The translations under genes were made by a program, and so were the position numbers. Positions 8,330 through 16,842 of a stretch of DNA of 64,000 nt are shown here, piece by piece (position 1 is the stretch's first letter; each line of letters begins with the position of its first letter). A model generated the notes under the pieces. That model made no database searches. It worked only from the letters and a program-made list of their open reading frames with translations, and was not told the DNA's origin. The stretch is from a bacterium (lineage in GTDB: Bacteria > Patescibacteriota > Minisyncoccia > UBA6257 > 2-01-FULL-56-20): NCBI GenBank assembly GCA_027310625.1, contig DAIDAM010000002.1, forward strand, positions 65,123-129,122. The letters are read 5' to 3'.

Positions 8330-9877
8330 ATGGAAAAAATACTGGCCATACTGAAACAAGTTTTCAAAACGCCGCCCTACCTTTTTATTGCCGTTGACGG
8401 CGCGCTGGCGCTCGGCCTCCTTTATTGGTGGCTGCTTTCCAAGACGACGACTTGGGTCACTTTCTACGGGATGTATTGGAATATCCCGCTTTATTTCTGG
8501 CCGTATGTTTTCCTTACACTTTTGAGTATGATTCTTTTCGGCATGAGCTTGGCGGTGGCGGTTTATTCGTGGCAGCGCTCCAAACTGCGAAGCGTCAAAA
8601 GCCAAAGCGGCAACGCGCTCGGCGCAACTTTCGGCGCGTTCGCCGCCGCCTGCCCCGTTTGCGGTTCTTTTCTTTTCTCGGCAATCGGCATCGCTGGCGG
8701 CGTTGCCCTTCTGCCGTTCAAAGGACTGGAATTGAAACTTTTGAGTGCGGGATTTTTCGGAGCGGCGCTTTTTCTCTCAACAAAAAAACTCTCCGATGCG
8801 GCGGCGCGCGGGGATTGCGAGACTTGCGAGATCCACCCCGTTCCCATTAGAAATAGCGAGAGTTCGCAGCGTGAAGTTTCTAATAGGGTAAAACCCGATG
8901 AACCGGTTGAAAGCGCTAAAGAGCCGAGCGCGTCGTCGTATCAAACGCTTCTCGCGGTTTTCTTTCTGATTATTTTTTTGGCGGCGCCGCTTTGGGACCG
9001 GGAATGGATTGCGGCAAGCGCGGCGGCAAAAAACGGAACGCTCCTTATGAACAAAGTGAACAGCGTCCAGAATGCCCAGACCGGCAATGCGCTCTACAAC
9101 GAGGTTGTCGCCAAAGTGCTTCCTCAGCAAGGGTTTCAAACAAAAATTGTGCTTGGCGACGCCATCGTTAAGTTGGTTCAAAACGGCGTTATTGACGTCG
9201 CCAAATTCAAAGACATCTACAAAAGCCGCGGCACGAGCGATAAAGAACTGGCGGTTCTCGCCGCGCCGTCTTACGACCCGATTGAAATAGACGCCCGGAA
9301 CGCCGGCGTCATGGTAAATCTTCTCTGGCCGCTCGGGCTTTCCAATAAAACCCAATTCAACGAGAAAAGCCCGGTCAACGGCGATTCTCTTTTCAACTTC
9401 GCTTCCACTGGCGGCTGGACGCTCGGCAAGGAAGACAACGGCGGCAAATACTTCAATAAATACGAAATTGTAAAACTTACGCCGGAGCAGGAAGCGATTG
9501 CTCTTGAGGTCGCGCAAAACACTTACCGCCCCTGCTGCAATAACTCGACTTTTTTTCAGGATTGCAACCACGGCTCGGCGCTGTTGGGTTTGATCGAGCT
9601 CGGCGCGTCGCAGGGACTTTCGCGAGACGAATTGTATAAAGCGGCTTTGCAATTCAATTCTTTCTGGTTTCCGCAAAACTACATTCAAACCGCGCTTTAC
9701 TACAAACTCGCCAAAAATACCGACTGGGAAAACGTTGACCCCAAAGAAATTATGGGTTACAACTACTCCGCCATTTCCGGCTGGATAAAAAATGTCGCCC
9801 AACCGTTTAAGGAAATCGTATCCAAAAACCCCGGCCTTCTGCCGCAAAGGCAGGGCGGTTCCGGCTGCGGAGTATAA
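8330..9877 (+). CDS. Cysteine-rich integral membrane protein of unknown function
   Basis: 515 aa with multiple N-terminal TM helices carrying AACPVCGSF in a helix, then a DCETCE motif and a C-terminal soluble domain with CCNNSTFFQDCNHG. Confidence 0.5.
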   Translation: MEKILAILKQVFKTPPYLFIAVDGALALGLLYWWLLSKTTTWVTFYGMYWNIPLYFWPYVFLTLLSMILFGMSLAVAVYSWQRSKLRSVKSQSGNALGATFGAFAAACPVCGSFLFSAIGIAGGVALLPFKGLELKLLSAGFFGAALFLSTKKLSDAAARGDCETCEIHPVPIRNSESSQREVSNRVKPDEPVESAKEPSASSYQTLLAVFFLIIFLAAPLWDREWIAASAAAKNGTLLMNKVNSVQNAQTGNALYNEVVAKVLPQQGFQTKIVLGDAIVKLVQNGVIDVAKFKDIYKSRGTSDKELAVLAAPSYDPIEIDARNAGVMVNLLWPLGLSNKTQFNEKSPVNGDSLFNFASTGGWTLGKEDNGGKYFNKYEIVKLTPEQEAIALEVAQNTYRPCCNNSTFFQDCNHGSALLGLIELGASQGLSRDELYKAALQFNSFWFPQNYIQTALYYKLAKNTDWENVDPKEIMGYNYSAISGWIKNVAQPFKEIVSKNPGLLPQRQGGSGCGV

Positions 9878-9931
9878 ACCCCTCGCCGCGCTCTCGCAGG
9901 TGGAGTTTTCTGCGCGGCGCGGATAAACCAT

Positions 9932-10423
9932 ATGAAAATGAAAACAGCTATCCTTATAATTACGGCGATAGCGCTTGCGGTCGGCTTTGCGCTGTTTCAG
10001 ATTTCAAAATCGCGAAAGGCCGCGACAACGGCCGCGCAACCGTCGGTGTCGAATAATGCGTGCCTGCTTGGCCAAGGCGGCTGCGCGAACCAAGCGCAGG
10101 AAAACACCGGCGTCGCGTCGCTCACCAGCAACGAGCTGGCGTCAATGCTCCTCAAAAAAGATTTTTTCTTTGTGAACGTTCATGTTCCGTACGAGGGTGA
10201 AATAAAAGGCACCGACGCTTTCATTCCGTACAACGAAATAGGAAACAGCCCCGATGAATTGCCGAAGGACAAAAATGCAAAAATCGTGCTATATTGCCGC
10301 AGCGGGCGAATGAGCGGGATAGCGAAAGAAATGCTGGCCAAACTTGGTTATACCAACGTGTCCGATCTCGCCGGTGGGATGCTTGATTGGGAAAAGAACG
10401 GCTACGAAATAGTCAAAAAATAA
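9932..10423 (+). CDS. Rhodanese-domain sulfurtransferase with a signal peptide or membrane anchor
   Basis: C-terminal rhodanese fold with active-site motif LYCRSGRMSG. Confidence 0.75.
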   Translation: MKMKTAILIITAIALAVGFALFQISKSRKAATTAAQPSVSNNACLLGQGGCANQAQENTGVASLTSNELASMLLKKDFFFVNVHVPYEGEIKGTDAFIPYNEIGNSPDELPKDKNAKIVLYCRSGRMSGIAKEMLAKLGYTNVSDLAGGMLDWEKNGYEIVKK

Positions 10424-10962
10424 TGGTGAACGAATTGGAAAAAAATCCGCAGCAAGCCGAAAAACCGCTTACCAAGCAGGAGCGCCGTCTGATTAGAAAA
10501 CAGCAGAAAGAGGGGGAGCGAAGAAGCGAACAGCGCAAGCGTTTAACCAAAAAGACATTAAACGCGGCCTTGGTCGTTTTGATTGCCGGCGGAGCGATTT
10601 TCGGCCTCGGTTGGTATATATCAACTCGTCCAAACTTGCCGCCCACAACCGCCCAGGGACATACCGAAGACATGCCGCAGTCGCACATTACCGACCAACC
10701 GATACCCGACAGCATGCAGCGCCATTTGCTTGAACATGCCGACGGCAGGGGCAAGCCCGGCGTTATCATCCAATACAACTGCAAAAAATATTCCTGCGAG
10801 CCGGACTTAATTCAAAAACTCACCGACCTCGTAAAGCAGTATCCGGCAAACGTTTATCTCGCCCCGAATAATTACGACGCGAAAATTGTTTTAACGAAAA
10901 TCGGGGAATTGAAAGTGCTGGAAAGTTTTGACGAAGAAACGATTAAAAAATTCGCAGAGTAA
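10423..10962 (+). CDS. Hypothetical membrane-anchored protein with CxxxxC (CKKYSCEP)
   Basis: The ORF track starts at 10387; the likelier start is ATG 10423 overlapping the rhodanese stop (TAATG). Basic N-terminus, one TM helix. Confidence 0.4.
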   Translation: MVNELEKNPQQAEKPLTKQERRLIRKQQKEGERRSEQRKRLTKKTLNAALVVLIAGGAIFGLGWYISTRPNLPPTTAQGHTEDMPQSHITDQPIPDSMQRHLLEHADGRGKPGVIIQYNCKKYSCEPDLIQKLTDLVKQYPANVYLAPNNYDAKIVLTKIGELKVLESFDEETIKKFAE

Positions 10963-10994
10963 CAAGTTGCGAGCGAAGAACGATAAACGCGCAT

Positions 10995-11822
10995 ATGTTG
11001 AATAAATTTTATAAAAACTACAGATTGCTTGTTGATACGGCGATAATAGTCGTCGGCATACTGCTGTTGAAAATACTGGTTGTCGAATCGCTGTCGCTCG
11101 AATTTTTCAGTTTGAGTTCTCTTTTTACGAGCATCATCGCCGGAGGCATTTTCATCGCGAGTATTCTCCTCGGCGGCGTCATCGCCGATTTCAAAGAGGG
11201 CGACAAGCTGCCGGCTGAAATCATCGCGGCCATCGAGTCCATTTACGAAGACGGGCTCTATGTAAAAAAGCTGAGAGAGTCGTTTAATGTCGCGCTCTTG
11301 TGTCAAAGACTTAATGCCGTCATTCAGTCGCTGCGCGAGGATTTGAATATGAACGCCAGCGGAAGAAAAGCCATCGCCGCGCTGTCGCAACTTTCGGAGT
11401 CGCTCCTGGAGATGGAGCGCCTCGGCGTTCCCGCCAACTACATCGTCAGGCTCAAACAAGAGCAGAGCGCGATTCGAAAAGCTGTTTTCCGCATTTATCA
11501 CATTCAGCGCATCCGGTTCATTCCCTCCGCCTACATTCTTTTGCAGACGTTCGTGGGTCTCATCATCGGCCTGCTGATATTCACGAAGATCGAGCCGCCG
11601 CTTGACGGATCGATTCTCGTTGCGGTGGTCTCGTATCTTTTTGTGTACATTTTGAAGCTGATCCGCAAGATCGACGATCCGTTCTCCGTCGGCGAGAAAA
11701 CAACCATGGATGAGGTGAGTTTATTTTTACTGCGGGAACATCACGGGCGGGCGGAAAAGACGGAAGATGATTCGCCGCCTGTTCAAGCTCGGGCGCGGAA
11801 AAACGCGCGAAAAATCCGATAA
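10995..11822 (+). CDS. Hypothetical integral membrane protein
   Basis: 275-aa ORF with multiple hydrophobic helices. Confidence 0.45.
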   Translation: MLNKFYKNYRLLVDTAIIVVGILLLKILVVESLSLEFFSLSSLFTSIIAGGIFIASILLGGVIADFKEGDKLPAEIIAAIESIYEDGLYVKKLRESFNVALLCQRLNAVIQSLREDLNMNASGRKAIAALSQLSESLLEMERLGVPANYIVRLKQEQSAIRKAVFRIYHIQRIRFIPSAYILLQTFVGLIIGLLIFTKIEPPLDGSILVAVVSYLFVYILKLIRKIDDPFSVGEKTTMDEVSLFLLREHHGRAEKTEDDSPPVQARARKNARKIR

Positions 11823-12051
11823 TCTCCTGCGCGGTTTGAAAAAAAACGAGGCCGCCAGCCGTGTCGGGTGGATTGGTTTTCTGCGGGCTCTCGCGGAATA
11901 CGCGCGGGCAAATTTTTGATTTTGTACCCGTTTTGTTGTATTGTGTCTGCAAGCGAGCAGAAATGCTTGTGGGGTGTTTACAGCGTCCCGCAAGCGGAGC
12001 GCTGTAAATTTAAAAGTGAAGAAGGTTGACTAAACGAACGGGAGAAGAAGG

Positions 12052-12492
12052 ATGACTAGGGATCTTTTCGGTTATTTTGCGGATGCACTCGGGCCGGCGG
12101 GGGTGGCGCATGAACTTTTCGAGGAGGCCTCCAAACTCGTCTTCAAGGACACGGACGATGCAAGCGTCAGGGCGGCTTGCATCCTACTTGTCATTGCCCA
12201 AAAGAGATTCGAGAAATCTCTTGCGGAGGTGGATTCCATCGCTACAGACATGCAGTCCGAGGCGCTCGGTTTGTCGGCTGATCTCGAGCGCAGAGTGGAG
12301 CACAGCACCGAACTTCTACGGATGCTCGTCGCTTACACAAGTTACCTCGAGAGAATGCTGAGCGGAAAAGAAGTTGATCAAAGAGAGCTCGGCGGAAAGC
12401 GGGAAGAAGATTTCGCTGCCGACATCAAGAAGGGCTGTGAATGCCTGTGGCGTTGTCTTGAAGGGTCCACAGGCGTCAAGATGGTTGCATGA
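12052..12492 (+). CDS. Hypothetical protein; doubtful GC-rich ORF
   Basis: 146-aa ORF in a GC-rich noncoding-looking stretch; no recognisable domain. Confidence 0.25.
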   Translation: MTRDLFGYFADALGPAGVAHELFEEASKLVFKDTDDASVRAACILLVIAQKRFEKSLAEVDSIATDMQSEALGLSADLERRVEHSTELLRMLVAYTSYLERMLSGKEVDQRELGGKREEDFAADIKKGCECLWRCLEGSTGVKMVA

Positions 12493-12641
12493 ACGAATTC
12501 ACATCTGCATGAACAGTCGCCGTGGCCAGAAGAATTCCGGAGTGGCCTAACTCTCCCTCCCCGGGCCCCCGGAACCCCCGATGACCATTGCGGCTGACTA
12601 GCAGCTTCCGGCTCTTCTCCTGATCAGGGCCGGTTGTTTTG

Positions 12642-12680
12642 GGCTACGCGGCGCGGCGAGCAAAGCGTAGCCTTTTTTTT
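12642..12680 (+). terminator. Rho-independent terminator
   Basis: ggctacgc-ggcgcggcgagcaaa-gcgtagcc followed by tttttttt. Confidence 0.55.
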
Positions 12681-12691
12681 GTAAAAAATTG

Positions 12692-12835
12692 GGTATACCC
12701 CGTAGGAAACGATGAGAAAACATTAAATTTTGAATCAAAACTAAACTTGTATTAATATGGAAATAGTCCCGGAACTTAAACGCCCTTTCTGATATTTGCG
12801 GAAAATATTTAATTTCCTACGGGGTATAAACTTAT
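12692..12835. repeat. Palindromic element of about 145 bp with 17-nt terminal inverted repeats GGTATACCCCGTAGGAAA / TTTCCTACGGGGTATAAAC
   Basis: Direct reading of both strands; lies just upstream of a second element and the pheS start. Confidence 0.5.
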
Positions 12836-12844
12836 TTCAATGAA

Positions 12845-12964
12845 TCCCGTTAGAGACAATAAGCAAATGCTTTTCATGAATAACTTTCAATTCCCCAAAA
12901 TGGTCGTTTTGCCGCATGCGGCGGGCGCTACGGTTGTCTAAAGACAACCTGTCTCTAACGGGAT
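12845..12964. mobile_element. MITE-like element, CCCGTTAGA family copy 1, ending at the pheS start codon
   Basis: ATCCCGTTAGAGACA...TGTCTCTAACGGGAT termini, with the pheS ATG (12963) immediately after CGGG. Same termini as the copies at 34501-34624 and 45899-45978. Confidence 0.6.
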
Positions 12965-14006
12965 GGAAATAGAGAAAATAAAGAAAGAAATCGTTTTGGA
13001 AATGGACAACGCCGCCGATTCGGCGGCAGTGGAAAAATTGCGCATCAAATATCTCGGCAGAAACGGGGAAATAAATTCGCTTTTCAAAAAACTGAAGGAT
13101 TTGCCGGTTGCCGAGCGGAGAAAAATCGGGCCGAAACTTCAATCGCTGAAGAGCGAACTGGGAGCGCTGTTTTCAAACAGGTTGGAGGTAAGCAAGAAAA
13201 CGAGCGTTGCGGCAAGCGTGGATTTGACAGCCCCCGCGAAAAAAGTGAGCAAGGGGCACCTTCATCCCTTGACGCTTGTTGACGCCGAAATCCGCCGCAT
13301 TTTTCTCGGGTTGAACTTTTCCGTTGTTGAAGGTCCCGAGGTGGAAAGCGAATACTACAACTTTGACGCGCTCAACGTTCCGGCGAACCACCCGGCAAGG
13401 GAAATGTGGGACACGTTCTGGCTTAAACAAGAGGCCAGAGACAAGAGACCAGAGACAAAATTACTATTGCGAACTCATACTTCTCCGGTGCAGATACGCT
13501 ACATGGAGAAAAACAATCCGCCGTTTCAAATCATAGTTCCCGGAAAAGTTTTCCGATACGAGGCGACGGACGCAAGCCATGAGGTTAATTTTTATCAACT
13601 CGAAGGTTTGATGGTTGGGAAAAATGTCAGTCTGGCGAATTTCAAATTCGTCGTCGAGGAATTTTTCAAAAAATTTTTCAGGGGACAAAAAATAGAATTC
13701 CGCTACCGGCCTGGATATTTCCCGTTCACCGAGCCGAGCGTAGAGGTGATTATAAAATTGCCCGCCCACGGCGGGGCCCTGCCCGACGGCGGGCGTGGCG
13801 CCTCGGGCGGAGAAAACAGATGGCTGGAGGTGATGGGCGCAGGAATGGTTCATCCGAAAGTTTTCGAGTATGCCGGCTACAATCCCCGCGACTGGCAGGG
13901 ATTCGCTTTCGGAGTCGGCATCGACCGACTGGCGATGATTAAATACAAAATCCCTGACATCAGAATGTTTTACTCGGGCGATTTGAGATTCATAAAACAA
14001 TTCTAA
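12963..14006 (+). CDS. pheS: Phenylalanine--tRNA ligase alpha subunit
   Basis: LLRTHTSPVQIRYM...FRYRPGYFPFTEPSVEV...WLEVMGAGMVHP class II motifs. Contains an EARDKRPETK insert from a tandem AGAGACA x3 tract and a GC-rich palindromic insert HGGALPDGGRGASGG. Confidence 0.9.
   Translation: MEIEKIKKEIVLEMDNAADSAAVEKLRIKYLGRNGEINSLFKKLKDLPVAERRKIGPKLQSLKSELGALFSNRLEVSKKTSVAASVDLTAPAKKVSKGHLHPLTLVDAEIRRIFLGLNFSVVEGPEVESEYYNFDALNVPANHPAREMWDTFWLKQEARDKRPETKLLLRTHTSPVQIRYMEKNNPPFQIIVPGKVFRYEATDASHEVNFYQLEGLMVGKNVSLANFKFVVEEFFKKFFRGQKIEFRYRPGYFPFTEPSVEVIIKLPAHGGALPDGGRGASGGENRWLEVMGAGMVHPKVFEYAGYNPRDWQGFAFGVGIDRLAMIKYKIPDIRMFYSGDLRFIKQF
13435..13459 (+). repeat. Tandem heptamer (AGAGACA/AGAGACC) x3 in frame in pheS
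   Basis: ccagagacaagagaccagagacaaa; 21 nt equals 7 codons. Confidence 0.5.
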
Positions 14007-14015
14007 AAATTAGAT

Positions 14016-14711
14016 ATGTTCGATCTACAAAGGAATTATCCCAACTTCGAAAATTTCAGAAGAGAGGAAAATGTTGCAGAACAGGAAATATCGGCCGCCG
14101 AAAAGAAGCCTCAGCGCGTGTTTGTTGATTTCGGCGCCGGCAGACACCCTGTTGCCGGAGCTGACTGGGAAAAATTCCGAGATAATTACACTTATGTTGC
14201 AATTGATTACGATCCAGAAGAACTGAAATTTGGGAAGAACGATCTGCTGGAAAAAATAGGATACATTCCGGAAAATGTTCTTTTCGTTCAATCAAACGGT
14301 AAAAACATTCCTCTTCAAAGCAATTCAGTCGACGAAATTTATTTCGGAAATGTCTTTGGAGAACCTTTTCGAAAAGAATTTAAAAAAAAGAAAGAACCCG
14401 AGCTGATCTCTGAGCGTAAAACAATAATTGATATAAGAAACTTTGTTAGCGAAGCTGGCAGGATTTTGAAGGACAACGGATTAATCGTTATTTTGGAAAC
14501 ATATACACCAACCGATTCAAGTGAGAATGATTTAAAGAAAACGCTTGAAAGCGCAGGCTTTGTCATCGAAAAAAGAATCGGAGCTGAAGATCCTGGATTT
14601 GTTACAGAGTGGCGCAAATATGATTCTTTCCATGAACACTTCAGTCGAAAGGGGGAAGGCATCGGCGGTGAATCATACATTCTTTATGCGCGCAAGAAAA
14701 AAGAGAAATGA
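14016..14711 (+). CDS. Class I SAM-dependent methyltransferase inserted between pheS and pheT
   Basis: Motif I VDFGAGRHP; acidic post-I and motif II-like segments. Markedly lower GC than pheS and pheT. Confidence 0.65.
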   Translation: MFDLQRNYPNFENFRREENVAEQEISAAEKKPQRVFVDFGAGRHPVAGADWEKFRDNYTYVAIDYDPEELKFGKNDLLEKIGYIPENVLFVQSNGKNIPLQSNSVDEIYFGNVFGEPFRKEFKKKKEPELISERKTIIDIRNFVSEAGRILKDNGLIVILETYTPTDSSENDLKKTLESAGFVIEKRIGAEDPGFVTEWRKYDSFHEHFSRKGEGIGGESYILYARKKKEK

Positions 14712-14728
14712 ATCTATAATTAACAAAT

Positions 14729-16795
14729 ATGAAGTTCTCATACTCATTGATTAAAAAGTTGTCGCCGCGGCTGCCGAATATTTCCAAAGCGGCAGAAACG
14801 CTCAACCTTTACTCGTTTGAAGTTGAAGACGCGGCGGGCGATTTGTTGGACATCGCTCTGCCGGCGAACAGATACTCCGACGCCGCTTCGCATCTCGGAA
14901 TCGCGCGCGAACTTTCGGCGGCGCTCGGAAAGCCGCTCAAAAATCCCGTAAAGCTCATCGTCAATCCGCCGAGCGACCAAGGATTGATCGAGGTGGAGGT
15001 GGAAAATAAAGCCGCCTGTCCGCGGTATGCCGCGCGTGTTTTTGAAATCAAAAAAATGCCGGCGACTCCGTTGTGGATGAAAAATGTTTTGAAAACCTGC
15101 GGCGTAAAATCAATAAACGGCGTCGTCGACCTGATGAATTACGTGATGCTTGAAGTCGGACAGCCGCTCCACGCTTTCGATTTCGATAAAATCGCGGACA
15201 AACGCGGACGGCACGCGGATAAACGCGGAAAGTTTCAGCGTAATTCAGCGTTAAGTCAGCATAAGTCAGCGTCAATTATTGTGAGGAAAGCCAAAAAAGG
15301 CGAGCGAATCGAGACGCTCGATGGCCAACGTCTCGAACTCGATGCGAATGACATTGTTATCGCCGACGCTTCGCGCGCCATTGCAATCGCCGGCGCAAAA
15401 GGCGGAGCGAATTCCGGCGTCGACGGGAAGACGAGGCGGATAGTCGTGGAGGCGGCGAATTTCGACCCCGTGAGGATTTTCAAAACCTCGCGGCGGCTGA
15501 AGCTCGCGACAGACGCGAGCATAAGGTTCTCGCACGGCTTGAGTCCCGCGCTCGTCGATTTCGGAATGGACAGGGTAACGGAGCTTCTCAAAAAATCCGG
15601 CGCGAAACTTGTTGATTCCGTTGATGTTTACCCGCGGCGCGCAGGCGACGAAATTATAGAGTTTGACGCGGAGAAGTACGAAAATTTCATCGGTGCCGCC
15701 GTTTCACCGGCAAAAGCGAAGAAAATTTTTGCGAGATTGTCTTTCGCCGTTGTGAAGGCACGTACCAACGCGGATAAAAAATCAGCATCAATCAGTAGAA
15801 ATCAGCATAAATCAGCGTTCTTAGTCAGAGTTCCCGCCTGGAGGACGGACATTGAAAATCCGGAGGACTTGATGGAAGAAATCGCGCGGTTCGTCGGCTA
15901 CAACAAGCTGAAACCGCAGGCGCCCGCCATTTCTCTCAAGCCGGCGGAAGAAGAAGACATAGTCGTTTTCAAAGACAGAATGAGAAAATTTTTGTCGGGC
16001 GCCGGACTGAACGAGGTTTACAACCATTCTTTTTCTGCCGAAGGCGGAAGCGCGGCAGTGGAACTTGAAAATCCGATAAGCTCCGAGTTTAAAAATCTCC
16101 GCCAGTCGCTTGCGGGCGGATTGATTAAGAATGTAAAAGACAACGGCAGATTCTTTGACGAAGTGAGAATTTTTGAAATCGGAAAAGTTTTCAAAAAAAC
16201 GAAGAGCGGCGTCGGCGAAAAATTGAATCTCGGCGTCGCCATCGGCGCGAGAAAAAAGTCGTTTATCCGCGAAGTCAAAGGCATCGTTGACGATTTGCTC
16301 AAGGGTCTCGGCGTCGCCGATTTTTACATGGCGGAATCGGGAGCGGGAAATCTTCAAATAGAAATTGATAAAAAAATAATCGGAAACATAAAAATTGTGG
16401 ATGTCGGAAAAGGCCTGCCCGCCGGCAGGCAGGGGTGGGTTGCGACCGTAGGCGAAATGAATCTTGACGCGATTCTGCCGATTGTTGAAGAAGAGCGAGC
16501 TTTCAAGCCGCTGCCGAAATATCCGGCGGTGATGCGCGACGTTTCCATTCTTCTTCCCGCGGACGTAAGAATCGGAAGAGTTCTTGAGGTTATTGACGGC
16601 GCTTCGTCGGAAATCGCGGAGAACGTTGATTTGGTTGACGAGTATGTTGACAAGAAGTTCGACGGGAAACAGAGTTTAACATTCAGAATTATTTTCCAAT
16701 CGGAGGAAAGAACGCTCACGGACGCGGAAGTGAATCGCGATCTTTCGAAAATAATCGCGGCGCTCAAAAAATCTTTCAAGGCGGAAATCAGATAA
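14729..16795 (+). CDS. pheT: Phenylalanine--tRNA ligase beta subunit (short form)
   Basis: Position directly after pheS; tRNA-binding N-terminus, B3/4 and B5 regions, C-terminal FDGKQSLTFRIIFQSEERTLTDAEVN. Two in-frame palindromic mini-element inserts. Confidence 0.85.
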   Translation: MKFSYSLIKKLSPRLPNISKAAETLNLYSFEVEDAAGDLLDIALPANRYSDAASHLGIARELSAALGKPLKNPVKLIVNPPSDQGLIEVEVENKAACPRYAARVFEIKKMPATPLWMKNVLKTCGVKSINGVVDLMNYVMLEVGQPLHAFDFDKIADKRGRHADKRGKFQRNSALSQHKSASIIVRKAKKGERIETLDGQRLELDANDIVIADASRAIAIAGAKGGANSGVDGKTRRIVVEAANFDPVRIFKTSRRLKLATDASIRFSHGLSPALVDFGMDRVTELLKKSGAKLVDSVDVYPRRAGDEIIEFDAEKYENFIGAAVSPAKAKKIFARLSFAVVKARTNADKKSASISRNQHKSAFLVRVPAWRTDIENPEDLMEEIARFVGYNKLKPQAPAISLKPAEEEDIVVFKDRMRKFLSGAGLNEVYNHSFSAEGGSAAVELENPISSEFKNLRQSLAGGLIKNVKDNGRFFDEVRIFEIGKVFKKTKSGVGEKLNLGVAIGARKKSFIREVKGIVDDLLKGLGVADFYMAESGAGNLQIEIDKKIIGNIKIVDVGKGLPAGRQGWVATVGEMNLDAILPIVEEERAFKPLPKYPAVMRDVSILLPADVRIGRVLEVIDGASSEIAENVDLVDEYVDKKFDGKQSLTFRIIFQSEERTLTDAEVNRDLSKIIAALKKSFKAEIR
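15198..15277 (+). repeat. Palindromic mini-element copy (ACGCGGA arm + TCAGCGT arm) in frame in pheT
   Basis: gacaaacgcggacggcacgcggataaacgcggaaag + tttcagcgtaattcagcgttaagtcagcataagtcagcgtcaatt, translated ADKRGRHADKRGKFQRNSALSQHKSASI. Confidence 0.6.
15762..15838 (+). repeat. Second mini-element copy (ATCAGCA/ATCAGCG heptamer tract) in frame in pheT
   Basis: aaaaatcagcatcaatcagtagaaatcagcataaatcagcgttcttagtcag, translated KKSASISRNQHKSAFLV. Confidence 0.55.
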
Positions 16796-16822
16796 AAAAA
16801 GCCCCGCGCGCGGCAACGGGGC
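16794..16822 (-). terminator. Hairpin gccccg-cgcgcggcaa-cggggc between convergent pheT and the 16843-17130 gene; the T-run is on the minus strand
   Basis: On the minus strand the stem is followed by ttttttt (plus-strand aaaaaaa at 16794-16800). Confidence 0.5.
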
Positions 16823-16842
16823 CAGTTCTGTGGGCGGGAAGG

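Noticed and set aside
8777-9931. 384-aa minus-strand ORF
   Set aside because: Antisense to the Cys-rich membrane protein gene; R-rich low-complexity translation.
12692-12962. T-box or attenuator leader upstream of pheS
   Set aside because: No T-box consensus (AATTAGGGTGGNACCGCG) and no leader peptide rich in Phe codons. The sequence is explained by two inverted-repeat elements.
15198-15838. CRISPR array, given the many short direct repeats
   Set aside because: Units are 7-11 nt, contiguous or nearly so, without unique spacers of 25-40 nt. They are in-frame inside genes and no cas genes are present.
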